Shown here in pieces: positions 43,019-51,551 of a stretch of 64,000 bases of DNA. The notes under the pieces are model-generated. The model was not told where the DNA came from. It saw only the letters and a program-made list of their open reading frames with translations, and did not search any database. Source of the DNA: an uncultured Myxococcales bacterium. GTDB taxonomy: Bacteria > Myxococcota_A > UBA9042. A program made the position numbers and the translations under genes. The stretch is taken from positions 34,072 through 98,071 of the forward strand of contig CAISBR010000152.1 of NCBI GenBank assembly GCA_903883645.1. The letters run 5' to 3'. Position 1 is the first letter of the stretch. Each line of letters starts with the position of its first letter.

Positions 43019-43977
43019 CGCCCCGCCAGTCGCCCCACCACGTTGCGCACATCCAAAAATCGCCAGTTGAGCGGCAGTTGCCAGGCTTGCCCCGCCGCCA
43101 TCCGCAGCGCCTCGACCACCGCCGCCGGCAGCGCGTCGCTATCGCCGCTGTGCACCTTGATGGCCAGACCCATGTCGCGTTTCGGCAGCGCAATGCAAAA
43201 CACGCCCTGCGCACCGACCTTTGCCGCCATGGGCTCGCGAGCATGGCGCACCACCGACGCGTCCAGGCGGTCCGTACCCGAAGTAAGCTGCGGAAATTCG
43301 GCCATCGCTCGGCCAATCGCACCCAAACGCGTCGGCTCGTCGGCGGTTTCCATCGCCCGCGCCATGCGCCACCAACCGTGGGCAATCGCGCTCAGTGGCA
43401 GACAAAATGTCGGCACACCGCAGCCGTCGAGCGCCAGCTTTGGACTCGCCGCCGTCCACTCGGCCACCCGCTCGGCGATCAGGCGCTGCAGCGGATGCTC
43501 CGGCGGCCGATAATCGACGTCCCAACCGCGCCGCGCCGCCGCCGCCAGCATAAAGGCGTGCTTGCCCGAGCAATTGTTATGAATGGGCAAAAACTCCTTG
43601 TTCTGCCTAAGAAGTTGTTCCGCGCTCGCCACATGTACGGGCGGATGGGTACCACACAGCAGGCCGCGCTCGGCCACATCAAAACGCGCCAGCACCTCGC
43701 GCACCCAATGCACATGCTCCGGCTCGCCCGAGTGCGAGGCGGCGCCAATCGCCAACTCCTCGCTGCGCACCTTAGGATAACCAAGCATTTCTAAAGAACA
43801 TGCTAGCTGCAGCGGCTTGGCGGCCGAGCGCCAGGTGGTCCACACATCGTCGCCGGTCTGCCACACCACCCTGCCATCGCGCACCGCGATCGCCGACCAG
43901 GGATGCCGCGCTTCAACGCAGGTGTCCAGGTCCTCGGCTCCACCCAGGCCGCCGCGCATCTGCAAGATTTCAGGCAT
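43003..43977 (-). CDS. Asparaginase-II (PF06089-type) family protein
   Basis: SAAKPLQ, ASHSGEPEH, HNNCSGKHAFML and LDGCGVP blocks. The start is uncertain (ATG 43977, 43959, or the track start 44052). Confidence 0.8.
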   Translation of the reverse strand: MPEILQMRGGLGGAEDLDTCVEARHPWSAIAVRDGRVVWQTGDDVWTTWRSAAKPLQLACSLEMLGYPKVRSEELAIGAASHSGEPEHVHWVREVLARFDVAERGLLCGTHPPVHVASAEQLLRQNKEFLPIHNNCSGKHAFMLAAAARRGWDVDYRPPEHPLQRLIAERVAEWTAASPKLALDGCGVPTFCLPLSAIAHGWWRMARAMETADEPTRLGAIGRAMAEFPQLTSGTDRLDASVVRHAREPMAAKVGAQGVFCIALPKRDMGLAIKVHSGDSDALPAAVVEALRMAAGQAWQLPLNWRFLDVRNVVGRLAGRYVVG

Positions 43978-44167
43978 TTCCGCTCCCAGCCGTGGTCTTC
44001 GCACCGTTGCCACCCTAGGCGTCTCGGTCAGCGAGCGCAAGGCCAGCGTCAACTACTGATTCTGTTGCGAGATACTCATCCGCCGGCGCCGGAGTCGTGC
44101 AAAAAAGTTGACGATAGTGCGCGTTGGGCGACCCTTGGCCTGCGCCCTTTGGCGCGCGAGCAAGCTC

Positions 44168-45076
44168 ATGGCCGTCGTGCACGATTTGGGTCAACGTCTG
44201 CGTCAAGTGGTGGGCGGCATGGTGGCGAACCCCACCCAAACCTGGCCGAGTGCCCCAGCGCAGGTGCCGTTTGCCCAGACCGCGCCACAGAGGGCGCAAG
44301 TCATTGCTGTTGCAGCGCAAAAAGGCGGAGTGGGCAAGACGACCACCGCCGTGCACCTCGCGGCCGGGCTCGCGCTGAACCACGGTCTCTCGGTGCTGCT
44401 TGTCGATCTCGACGCGCAAGGCCACGTCGCCTCGTCGCTGCGTGCGCATGTCCGCGCCACGGCAGAGCAAAGCTTGACGCAGTCGCTGCTGGGTTTGGAC
44501 CCCGACATCCTGCCCGCAACCTTGCCGACCACCATTGCCGGTTTGCATGTGACCGGCGCGGACAAGCAATTAGCGAGCGCCGAAGCTCAGTTAGCTTCCC
44601 GTATGGGCCGCGAGATGATCCTGGCCCGCGCCCTGCGCAGCGCACGCGGTGGCTACGATGTGATTGTGCTCGATTGCCCGCCCAACCTGGGCCTGCTGAC
44701 GCTGAACGCCCTCTACGCCGCGGATCACCTGCTTGTGCCGTGCGACCTGTCGGTGCTGGCGCTCGAAGGCGTCGACGATGTGATGCGTACCCTGCAGAAT
44801 TTGCAGCTTATGTTCGGCCGGGCACCGGCGCTGCTGGGTCTGCTGCACACCCGCGTCGACCGGCGTAACCCCAAGCAGAACGCCGCGATTCGGCGGGCAC
44901 TGCAGCAGTCGTACCAAGGCCTGTCGCTGCAGACCGAGATCGCTACCAACACGGCCCTACCGGGGGCGCAGCTGGCCGGGCAGACCGTGTTTGCCTCGTC
45001 TCCCGAGTCGACGGGCGCACGCGACTACTCGGCGTTGGCAAGTGAAGTATTTGATCGTGTTCTAAAAGTCCGCTAG
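44168..45076 (+). CDS. ParA/MinD-family P-loop ATPase (orphan)
   Basis: Deviant Walker A QKGGVGKTTTAVHLA, LLVDLDAQG, and VIVLDCPPNLG. About 45 aa lie N-terminal to the P-loop. No parB or parS was recognised nearby. Confidence 0.85.
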   Translation: MAVVHDLGQRLRQVVGGMVANPTQTWPSAPAQVPFAQTAPQRAQVIAVAAQKGGVGKTTTAVHLAAGLALNHGLSVLLVDLDAQGHVASSLRAHVRATAEQSLTQSLLGLDPDILPATLPTTIAGLHVTGADKQLASAEAQLASRMGREMILARALRSARGGYDVIVLDCPPNLGLLTLNALYAADHLLVPCDLSVLALEGVDDVMRTLQNLQLMFGRAPALLGLLHTRVDRRNPKQNAAIRRALQQSYQGLSLQTEIATNTALPGAQLAGQTVFASSPESTGARDYSALASEVFDRVLKVR

Positions 45077-45079
45077 AAG

Positions 45080-45586
45080 CTAAGCGGCAGCGCCCGGCTT
45101 GATCTCGGCGAAAATCGCGTCGAGCTCGACGGCCACATCGTCTTCTTCTTGAGCCCGCGCCACGCTCAGCTCTTTGATCAGCAGCGTGCGGGCCTGGTCC
45201 AGCATCTTGCGCTCGCCGAACGACAGCGCCTTGGTGTACTTCAGCACCGACAGGTCGCGCATCACTTCGGCCACATCAAAGATGGATCCTGTATTGATCT
45301 TCTCGACATAACCACGGTAACGCCGATTCCAAGTCACATTGGCGCCGCCCGAGGTGCGCTCTTTGAGCACGCGGTAGATACGCTCCACCTCAGAATTGCC
45401 GATTACCTTGCGTAAGCCGACCGAGCCAACTTTGCTCACAGGAATCATGATCTTGCGATTGGTATTGACCACCCGCAGCATGTACAGGATCTCGGTGTTG
45501 CCGGCGATTTCCTTAGACTCGATGGCCGTGATCTCGGCTACACCTTGGCCCGGATAAACAGCGCGATCTCCGATCTTGAACAGCAT
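45080..45586 (-). CDS. cdnL: CarD_CdnL_TRCF-family RNA-polymerase-binding regulator (CdnL/CarD)
   Basis: MLFKIGDRAVYPGQGVAEI...YMLRV...IMIPV.K......R (Tudor-like RNAP-interacting domain). AGGAG SD lies before ATG 45586. Confidence 0.9.
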   Translation of the reverse strand: MLFKIGDRAVYPGQGVAEITAIESKEIAGNTEILYMLRVVNTNRKIMIPVSKVGSVGLRKVIGNSEVERIYRVLKERTSGGANVTWNRRYRGYVEKINTGSIFDVAEVMRDLSVLKYTKALSFGERKMLDQARTLLIKELSVARAQEEDDVAVELDAIFAEIKPGAAA

Positions 45587-45870
45587 GGCGATCTCCTGAC
45601 TTGTCTCAACTCTGTGAAACTCTGGACCTTTGGAGGTCATCCGGCAATGTGCTCGCCGCCGGCCGGTAGTGGGCATGGGAATGCCGCGGGCGACGGATGC
45701 TGCCAGTGCCGCACGGAGAGCGAACACGGCAGCCAGAGCGACAGGAACGGTGGAGCGGGTGCTCGCAGAGGCAGAGGTCGGCGGAGGCAACCCTCCGCGC
45801 AGACCCACACAATAACGGATTCCAGGCGGTGGCGCTATCAAAAAACGCTAGTTGCCATCACCACTGCCGT

Positions 45871-46479
45871 TCAGCGGCGCAGCGGCAGGCGCGCTCGCAT
45901 TGCACGGCCCAGCGTCGCTTGGTCCAGATACTCGAGTTCGCTACCCTGGGGCACGCCGCTGGCAATGCGCGTGACTTCGATGGTCTGCCCGCGCAAAAGA
46001 CCTAGTAAATACGAAGCCGTCGCCTCTCCTTCGACCGAAATTGACGTCGCCACAATGACTTCGCTAGGCGGAGCGGCGGCAATACGCGCCACGAGCTCAG
46101 CAAACCGCAGGTCGCGCGGCCCTACCCCGCGCAAGGGCGACAAGGCCCCGCCAAGTACGTGATACAGACCGCGAAATTCGCCCGACCGCTCGATCGCCAG
46201 CAGGTCCGCGACTTCCTCCACGACGCACAGCAGCTGCGGATCGCGATGGGGGTTGCTGCAGATACGGCACAGTTCTTCTTCAGCTAAGTGAAAGCACTCA
46301 TTACAGAAATGCACCTCGTCGTGCAAACCGGCCAGAGCCTCGCCCAGCCCCTTGGCGTAGTCCACCGGCTGCGCCAACACGTGCAATGCCAGTCGCTGTG
46401 CCGAGCGCTCGCCCACCCCAGGCAAGCGCCCAAGCAAGCGCGCCAATCGTTCTACGGCCAGCGGCAGCGATGCGTCCAT
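45871..46479 (-). CDS. recR: Recombination protein RecR
   Basis: LPGVGERSAQRLA (HhH), a C4 zinc finger (CNECFHL...CRIC), and Toprim (LCVVEEVADLLAIERSGEFRGLYHVLGG). Confidence 0.95.
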   Translation of the reverse strand: MDASLPLAVERLARLLGRLPGVGERSAQRLALHVLAQPVDYAKGLGEALAGLHDEVHFCNECFHLAEEELCRICSNPHRDPQLLCVVEEVADLLAIERSGEFRGLYHVLGGALSPLRGVGPRDLRFAELVARIAAAPPSEVIVATSISVEGEATASYLLGLLRGQTIEVTRIASGVPQGSELEYLDQATLGRAMRARLPLRR

Positions 46480-46486
46480 GGCAACC

Positions 46487-48259
46487 TTAGCGATTGTTGC
46501 TGTTTTCTAAGTACACCCGGGTAATGCTGCCACCAAAGGCCGACATGACGGCCTGTATGGCTGGCAAGCCACGTAGCGTCGCCTCTGTGGTTTGACGGCT
46601 ACTTTCGCGCTCTCTCGCTTCCTTGGCGATCGAGCTATCGGTCCGCGCCCGACCCTCGATGCCGGTCGTCACTTGCCAGCTACCGCCCCAAAGCAAGCTC
46701 GCTCCTTTGCTAAACAACTGGATAACATCGGGGTGACCGGCCTGTTCGGCCAAGAACTCGTTGGCCCAACCTAGCTGCAGCGTTCGGCCGCGGCAAGCCA
46801 CCACCACCGCAGAGCCCAGCAGCGACGCCGTGATATCCGCTTCAAGCTTGTCCGAGACGGTCGCCTGCAAGGCCGCCAAGTCCGCATCGCCAACCACTTT
46901 GAGCGGTCGCGGGAGGTCGCCGGGCCGCGCGCCACTCTCGACTGGACGCAGCACCGCCGTGGCGTTCGCCGGACTCGCAGCCCCCGCTTGGTGCGAGCTG
47001 GCCCCATAACCACCGGGTCGTCCGTACGAACCAGACGGTGCCGACGCGCCACCACCGGGAGATCCGCTCGCCGCCGTGCCACCGCCAGACCGCGATCCGC
47101 CCAGCGCCCTTGGCCCGAGCGCAAGCAAGCTTTCGACCCGCGCCGCCAGTTCCGCCACATCGATTAGCTGCGGCGCCCGGCACAGCCGCACCAGCCCCAG
47201 CTCCAGCGCCAGCCGACCATGACGCGCGCGGTTGACCTGCTCAGCCACCTCGAGCAGCACGTGGCTAATGCGCTCCAACTCAGCAACCGGCGTATTTCCA
47301 GCTAGTTTCTGCAGGTCCTCGACCTCGCTGTCCGAGCGGTCGACAAGCTGCCGACCCTGCGTGCCCGCCAGCTTGACCACCATCAGATCGCGGGCATCCA
47401 GCGCGAGATTGCGCGCCAGTGTCCTCAGATCCATGCCGTTTTCGTGGGCCGCCCCGACCGCCGCCAACGCTTGCCCCGCGTCGCGATCGATCAGGCCCTT
47501 TAGCAGTTGGTGCGTGCGCGCGCGGTCGGCCACACCCAGCAATCCGGCCACGGTATCGCTATCCAACTTCGCGCCGGCAAAGGCGATTACCTGATCCAAC
47601 AGCGACAGCGCATCGCGCATCGAGCCGTCCCCTTCGCGGGCAATCAGGTAGAGCGCGTCGAGATCGCAGGCCACCTCTTCTTGGCCACAGATCCACTCCA
47701 GCCGCTTGACGACATCTTGGGCACGCACCCGCTTGAAATCATAGCGCTGACACCGCGAGCGAATCGTCACCGGCAGCCGCTGCGGGTCGGTGGTGGCCAG
47801 GATGAATACCACGTGCGCCGGCGGCTCTTCCAGCGTCTTCAAGAACGCGTTGGCGGCCTGGTCGGTCAGCATGTGCGCTTCGTCGACGATATAGACCTTG
47901 TAACGATCGCGACTGGGAGCAAAGCCAACCCCGCTCCGCAGCTCACGAATTTCATCGATACCGCGGTTGCTGGCGGCGTCGAGTTCTTGAACATCCACAC
48001 TATTGCCGGCGGTGATCTCGCGGCAGGCCGAACAAGTGCCGCACGGCGTCTCGGTAGGCCCGTGCTCACAGTTGAGCATCTTGGCCACGATACGCGCGGT
48101 CGACGTCTTGCCAGTGCCTCGCGCCCCGCAAAACAGCAGCGCGTGTGGAATTCGCTTCATGGCCAAGGCATTGCCAAGTGCACGCGCGATGTGATCTTGG
48201 CCGACCAGCGAGGCCAGCGATTCGGGACGATATTTTCGAGCTAAGACGAGGTAAGCCAT
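46487..48259 (-). CDS. dnaX: DNA polymerase III subunit gamma/tau DnaX
   Basis: MAYLVLARKYRP..., GARGTGKTS, the zinc module CGTCSACREI, and YIVDEAHML. ATG at 48259. Confidence 0.93.
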   Translation of the reverse strand: MAYLVLARKYRPESLASLVGQDHIARALGNALAMKRIPHALLFCGARGTGKTSTARIVAKMLNCEHGPTETPCGTCSACREITAGNSVDVQELDAASNRGIDEIRELRSGVGFAPSRDRYKVYIVDEAHMLTDQAANAFLKTLEEPPAHVVFILATTDPQRLPVTIRSRCQRYDFKRVRAQDVVKRLEWICGQEEVACDLDALYLIAREGDGSMRDALSLLDQVIAFAGAKLDSDTVAGLLGVADRARTHQLLKGLIDRDAGQALAAVGAAHENGMDLRTLARNLALDARDLMVVKLAGTQGRQLVDRSDSEVEDLQKLAGNTPVAELERISHVLLEVAEQVNRARHGRLALELGLVRLCRAPQLIDVAELAARVESLLALGPRALGGSRSGGGTAASGSPGGGASAPSGSYGRPGGYGASSHQAGAASPANATAVLRPVESGARPGDLPRPLKVVGDADLAALQATVSDKLEADITASLLGSAVVVACRGRTLQLGWANEFLAEQAGHPDVIQLFSKGASLLWGGSWQVTTGIEGRARTDSSIAKEARERESSRQTTEATLRGLPAIQAVMSAFGGSITRVYLENSNNR

Positions 48260-48420
48260 ACCTGCGGCTTGTAGCACGCCCCGCAACGCCTGGGGAGCAC
48301 CCGCGCGAAAGGCTGCGCGGCGGCTAGGTCTCTGCTCCCAAGCCCGCAACAACGCGAGCGGCTCGATCGCCAAGCCCCTGTTCTACCGCGCCTATTGCGA
48401 ATGATGCAAAAATGACTCGC

Positions 48421-48513
48421 GGGCAGGGCCAGCGGCACACGACACCGACGCTACCGTTGCTTCCTCTCGGACCTGGCGGGGTTTACGCGATGCCGTTGCC
48501 GCTGGCGCTGCCC
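48421..48513 (-). ncRNA. ffs: Signal recognition particle RNA (small 4.5S type)
   Basis: The reverse strand reads GGGCAGCGCCAGCGGCA...CCAGGUCCGAGAGGAAGCAACGG...UGCCGCUGGCCCUGCCC. It has the conserved domain IV motif (GGUCC-GNRA-GGAAGCA) and long-range terminal pairing. It sits in the classical position upstream of dnaX. Ends are approximate. Confidence 0.8.
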
Positions 48514-48623
48514 GCGAATCGGGTGACCAGCTTCGATTTTCTCACAGCGCTAGCGGCTTTTCTCACCGTGCACTGCCGCTGGCGCTGCCCGCGAATCGGG
48601 TGACCAGCTTCGATTTTCTCACA
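48497..48623. repeat. Perfect 50-nt direct repeat (48497-48546 and 48574-48623) that duplicates the SRP RNA 5' end plus its upstream region
   Basis: TGCCGCTGGCGCTGCCCGCGAATCGGGTGACCAGCTTCGATTTTCTCACA occurs twice, 77 nt apart. The proximal copy contains the first ~17 nt of the SRP RNA. Confidence 0.95.
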
Positions 48624-48650
48624 CTGTTTGCGTGCCGTGCAGCAGCTCCT

Positions 48651-48742
48651 TGGGCGGAGAGACGGGGATTCGAACCCCGGGTACCCTTTTGGAGTACACC
48701 CGCTTTCCAGGCGAGTACCATAAGCCACTCGGACATCTCTCC
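48651..48742 (-). tRNA. tRNA-Ser (anticodon GGA), CCA encoded
   Basis: Cloverleaf by eye: acceptor GGAGAGA/TCTCTCC, anticodon stem CTCGC/GCGGG with loop CTGGAAA, long variable arm, T-loop GGTTCGAATCC. Confidence 0.9.
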
Positions 48743-48853
48743 CTTGAACTCATTCGAGGGATGACGGCCGCGTTCTCGGCAGCGACTCGCCAAGGATATC
48801 GGCCGACTTGTGGGGCTCTTGCACGTTCAACTTGTGGTAGGCACGCAACGCGG

Positions 48854-48938
48854 CGGAGAGAGAGGGATTCGAACCCCCGGTACCTTTCAGTACACCTGAT
48901 TTCGAGTCAGGCTCCTTAAACCACTCGGACATCTCTCC
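48854..48938 (-). tRNA. tRNA-Ser (anticodon CGA)
   Basis: Acceptor GGAGAGA/TCTCTCC, anticodon stem CCTGA/TCAGG with loop CTCGAAA, long variable arm, T-loop GGTTCGAATCC. Confidence 0.9.
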
Positions 48939-49042
48939 GTAACTGTTGCTGTCTTCGCGAGAGGTGGCGCGCAGCCGTCCCGCGGGGGCAGCAGTATAGC
49001 GACGATGTGGGTGGGTTGCAAGACCCGCTCCCTCTGCGATTG

Positions 49043-49507
49043 CTACGGGCGGCTGGTTCGCAAGCCCGCAAAAAACTTCGACAATAACTCACTAGCCTCG
49101 CCGCGACGCACTCCCTCGGTCAAGATCAGCTGATGGTTCAGGCGCTCATCGCTGCCCAGGGCGAACAGCGACGCCGCGGCGCCGGCCTTCGGGTCGCGAC
49201 AGGCGAAGACCAGGCGGTCGACCCGCGCGCTGATCGCCGCGCCCATACACATCGGACAGGGTTCAAGCGTCACATACAGCGTACATTCGTTCAGACGCCA
49301 CGAACCGAGGATTTGCCCAGCTTGTCGTAACGCCAGGACTTCCGCGTGTGCGGTCGGATCGTGATCGCGCTCGCGCCGATTGGCCGCCACGGCGACAACC
49401 TCACCCTCATGGACGACAACCGCGCCAATGGGCACCTCGCCCTGCGTGCCGGCATCCGCCGCCACACTGAGCGCCATATCCATGAAATCGTTATCGTCGC
49501 GCAACAT
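49043..49507 (-). CDS. tadA: tRNA-specific adenosine-34 deaminase TadA
   Basis: The CDA zinc motifs HAEVLALR and LEPCPMCMGA, with typical size. ATG 49507 avoids overlap with the upstream tRNA. Confidence 0.9.
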   Translation of the reverse strand: MLRDDNDFMDMALSVAADAGTQGEVPIGAVVVHEGEVVAVAANRRERDHDPTAHAEVLALRQAGQILGSWRLNECTLYVTLEPCPMCMGAAISARVDRLVFACRDPKAGAAASLFALGSDERLNHQLILTEGVRRGEASELLSKFFAGLRTSRP

Positions 49508-49615
49508 GAGCGTCCAGGACTCTCGGCGGTCGGCGCCAAGACGTGGCCAAAAAGAACCATGGCCCCCCGCAACAGCGTGCGGCGAGCCATGTAGTAGACG
49601 CGCTAAAATGAGGGG

Positions 49616-49689
<74 letters not shown>

Positions 49690-49754
49690 GTTGTCGGTAG
49701 TGCCGCGCGGGGCGGTCTACCCGGGTCTTGCGATGCTTGATGCCCAGACTCGTC

Positions 49755-49848
49755 TGGGCGGAGAGGAGGGGATTCGAACCCCTGATAGGGGTTTACCCCC
49801 TATGACGGTTTAGCAAACCGTTGCCTTCAGCCACTCGGCCACCTCTCC
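49755..49848 (-). tRNA. tRNA-Ser (anticodon GCT), CCA encoded
   Basis: Acceptor GGAGAGG/CCTCTCC, anticodon stem ACGGT/ACCGT with loop TTGCTAA, long variable arm, T-loop GGTTCGAATCC. Confidence 0.9.
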
Positions 49849-49931
49849 GTCATCGGCTGGCGAGCGACCGCGGGGGGTGCGCCGGCCAGCCTGATAGCGT
49901 TGACGAGCAGGTGACGGCAACGACGGCGCGG

Positions 49932-50020
49932 CGGGAGAGGAGGGATTCGAACCCCCGGAAGCACTCTCGTACTTCGACGGTTTTCAAGACCGCTGCCTTC
50001 AACCACTCGGCCACTCTCCC
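49932..50020 (-). tRNA. tRNA-Ser (anticodon TGA)
   Basis: Acceptor GGGAGAG/CTCTCCC, anticodon stem GCGGT/ACCGT with loop CTTGAAA, long variable arm, T-loop GGTTCGAATCC. Confidence 0.9.
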
Positions 50021-50345
50021 TTTTTTATCGCCGACTTCGCGCCGTTGAGGGCGCTTGGCGGCAACGCGGAGACGTCGTTCGCTAAATTCGTCAACTACTC
50101 TGGGCACCTGCGGCAACCACAGGGGTTGAGCAGATGCGGCATCGCAGATTATTGATTTTCTTTGGAAACCTGGACCGCAAAGTCCGTTTCGCGCGCTGTT
50201 GGCCGGGCAAACCGGGCAGCGTGGGGCAGAAGTTTAGCGGGTTGTTCGCCGCAGTGCAAGCCCCCGTGGCGCCCCTTGGGCTTGCGTACAGCAGGCCCAT
50301 GGCGCCAGACTGCAGCGAGGTGGGCCAGCCGAGCGCTCGCCGTAG

Positions 50346-51551
50346 GTGGTCGTGACGCTGCAGACCAATAGCACTTTCGCGCCCTTGCGCTGCAGCGACG
50401 GAATTATCGCCCTCGCTGAACAAGCCGGGCGCCCAGACAGTCCGGTGCACCGTGCCCTAGGTGAACAACTGGCCGACGGTGCCGCTTTGGCCGACGCGGC
50501 GGTCAATCGGATGATCGCCCAGTTTGCCAACGGCTGGACACGTGCGGCCGTGCTCGGGGCTGTCACAGTCGCACGCCGCTGCGGGGCGAGCGCGGCAGTG
50601 CCCCATGTGGCCGTAATTGCGCCGGCCAACGTACCCGCAGCCGGTTGGCAGGCCGTGCTTGAGCCGCTGCTTGCGGGTTGCGAGGTCGTGGTGCGGCCGA
50701 GCCGTCGCGAGCCCCAAGGCATCCACAACCTATTGCGCGCTTTAGAGATTATCGATCCGTGGCTAGCGAGCCGTTGCCACATCGGCGGCCCGACGACGCA
50801 CGCCGATGCCGACTGGCAGGCCTGGCTCGCGGGCGCCGGCACACTCACGGCACAGGGCAGTGGCGCCGCCATGCAGGCCGTGCAAGCTCAGGTCGCCAAG
50901 GCTGGCTGGACGGGAACCTTGCGTCTACACGGCGAAATGCACTCGATAGCGGTGATTGATGCAAGTCGCTGGCGCGCGCGTGGTGCTGAGATCGCCCGGC
51001 TGCTGGCCAACGACGCACTCGAGGTCGATGGCCGCGGCTGCATGAGCCTGCGCACCCTGCTCTGGCTTGGGCTAAATGCCTCCGAACTGCCTGCTGCGCA
51101 TCGCCTTCTGGCTCATGCGCTGCAACGCGCTGCGAAGCGATGGCCGCCCGGCGCCAGCGCCGCGAGCGCAGCGCCCCAGCAACACTACGCCCTACAAACT
51201 CTTGAAACTTTGCGCGATCTTGGCGCACAACTGCATCTCGATAAGCGAGCAGACGGCTGGCTGGCCAGTGCGTCCGCCCCGCACCTGCTGCAGACCGTGT
51301 GGCCAGGCCCGGGTGCGCGTGCACTGGTGGCAGTTTCGCTTGCAGATTCAAGCAGTCTTGAGTCAATTTTGGCGCCGTGGCGCGGTCAAGTTTCGACCGT
51401 AGCGACCACGCTGCGCGGCAAAGACCAACAGGCTCTCATCGACTTGCTCGGCAATCCGCGCACCTGCCGACCAGGGCAGATGCAGGCGCCGCGGCCGGAC
51501 CAAGTGCACGACGGCTGGGCGCCACTGCAGGGCTTCTATACGGTCGACTAG
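50346..51551 (+). CDS. LuxC-like acyl-CoA reductase family protein (tentative)
   Basis: The block HVAVIAPANVPAAGWQAVLEPLLAGCEVVVRPSRREP...LLRAL..IDP resembles the LuxC-family core (NVP...K.S). GTG start. Its 3' end overlaps the convergent nrdJ stop by 4 nt. Confidence 0.45.
   Translation: MVVTLQTNSTFAPLRCSDGIIALAEQAGRPDSPVHRALGEQLADGAALADAAVNRMIAQFANGWTRAAVLGAVTVARRCGASAAVPHVAVIAPANVPAAGWQAVLEPLLAGCEVVVRPSRREPQGIHNLLRALEIIDPWLASRCHIGGPTTHADADWQAWLAGAGTLTAQGSGAAMQAVQAQVAKAGWTGTLRLHGEMHSIAVIDASRWRARGAEIARLLANDALEVDGRGCMSLRTLLWLGLNASELPAAHRLLAHALQRAAKRWPPGASAASAAPQQHYALQTLETLRDLGAQLHLDKRADGWLASASAPHLLQTVWPGPGARALVAVSLADSSSLESILAPWRGQVSTVATTLRGKDQQALIDLLGNPRTCRPGQMQAPRPDQVHDGWAPLQGFYTVD

Noticed and set aside
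45781-45798. Perfect hairpin GCGGAGG-CAAC-CCTCCGC between recR and cdnL, considered as an intrinsic terminator
   Set aside because: No U-tract follows on the transcribed strand and I cannot assign a function. It is noted only as a 7-bp stem that could be a processing or attenuation element.
46487-46800. DnaX C-terminal ~100 aa as a fused YbaB/EbfC
   Set aside because: The sequence (…LPAIQAVMSAFGGSITRVYLE) looks like the usual DnaX C-terminal domain, not the YbaB helix-rich motif.
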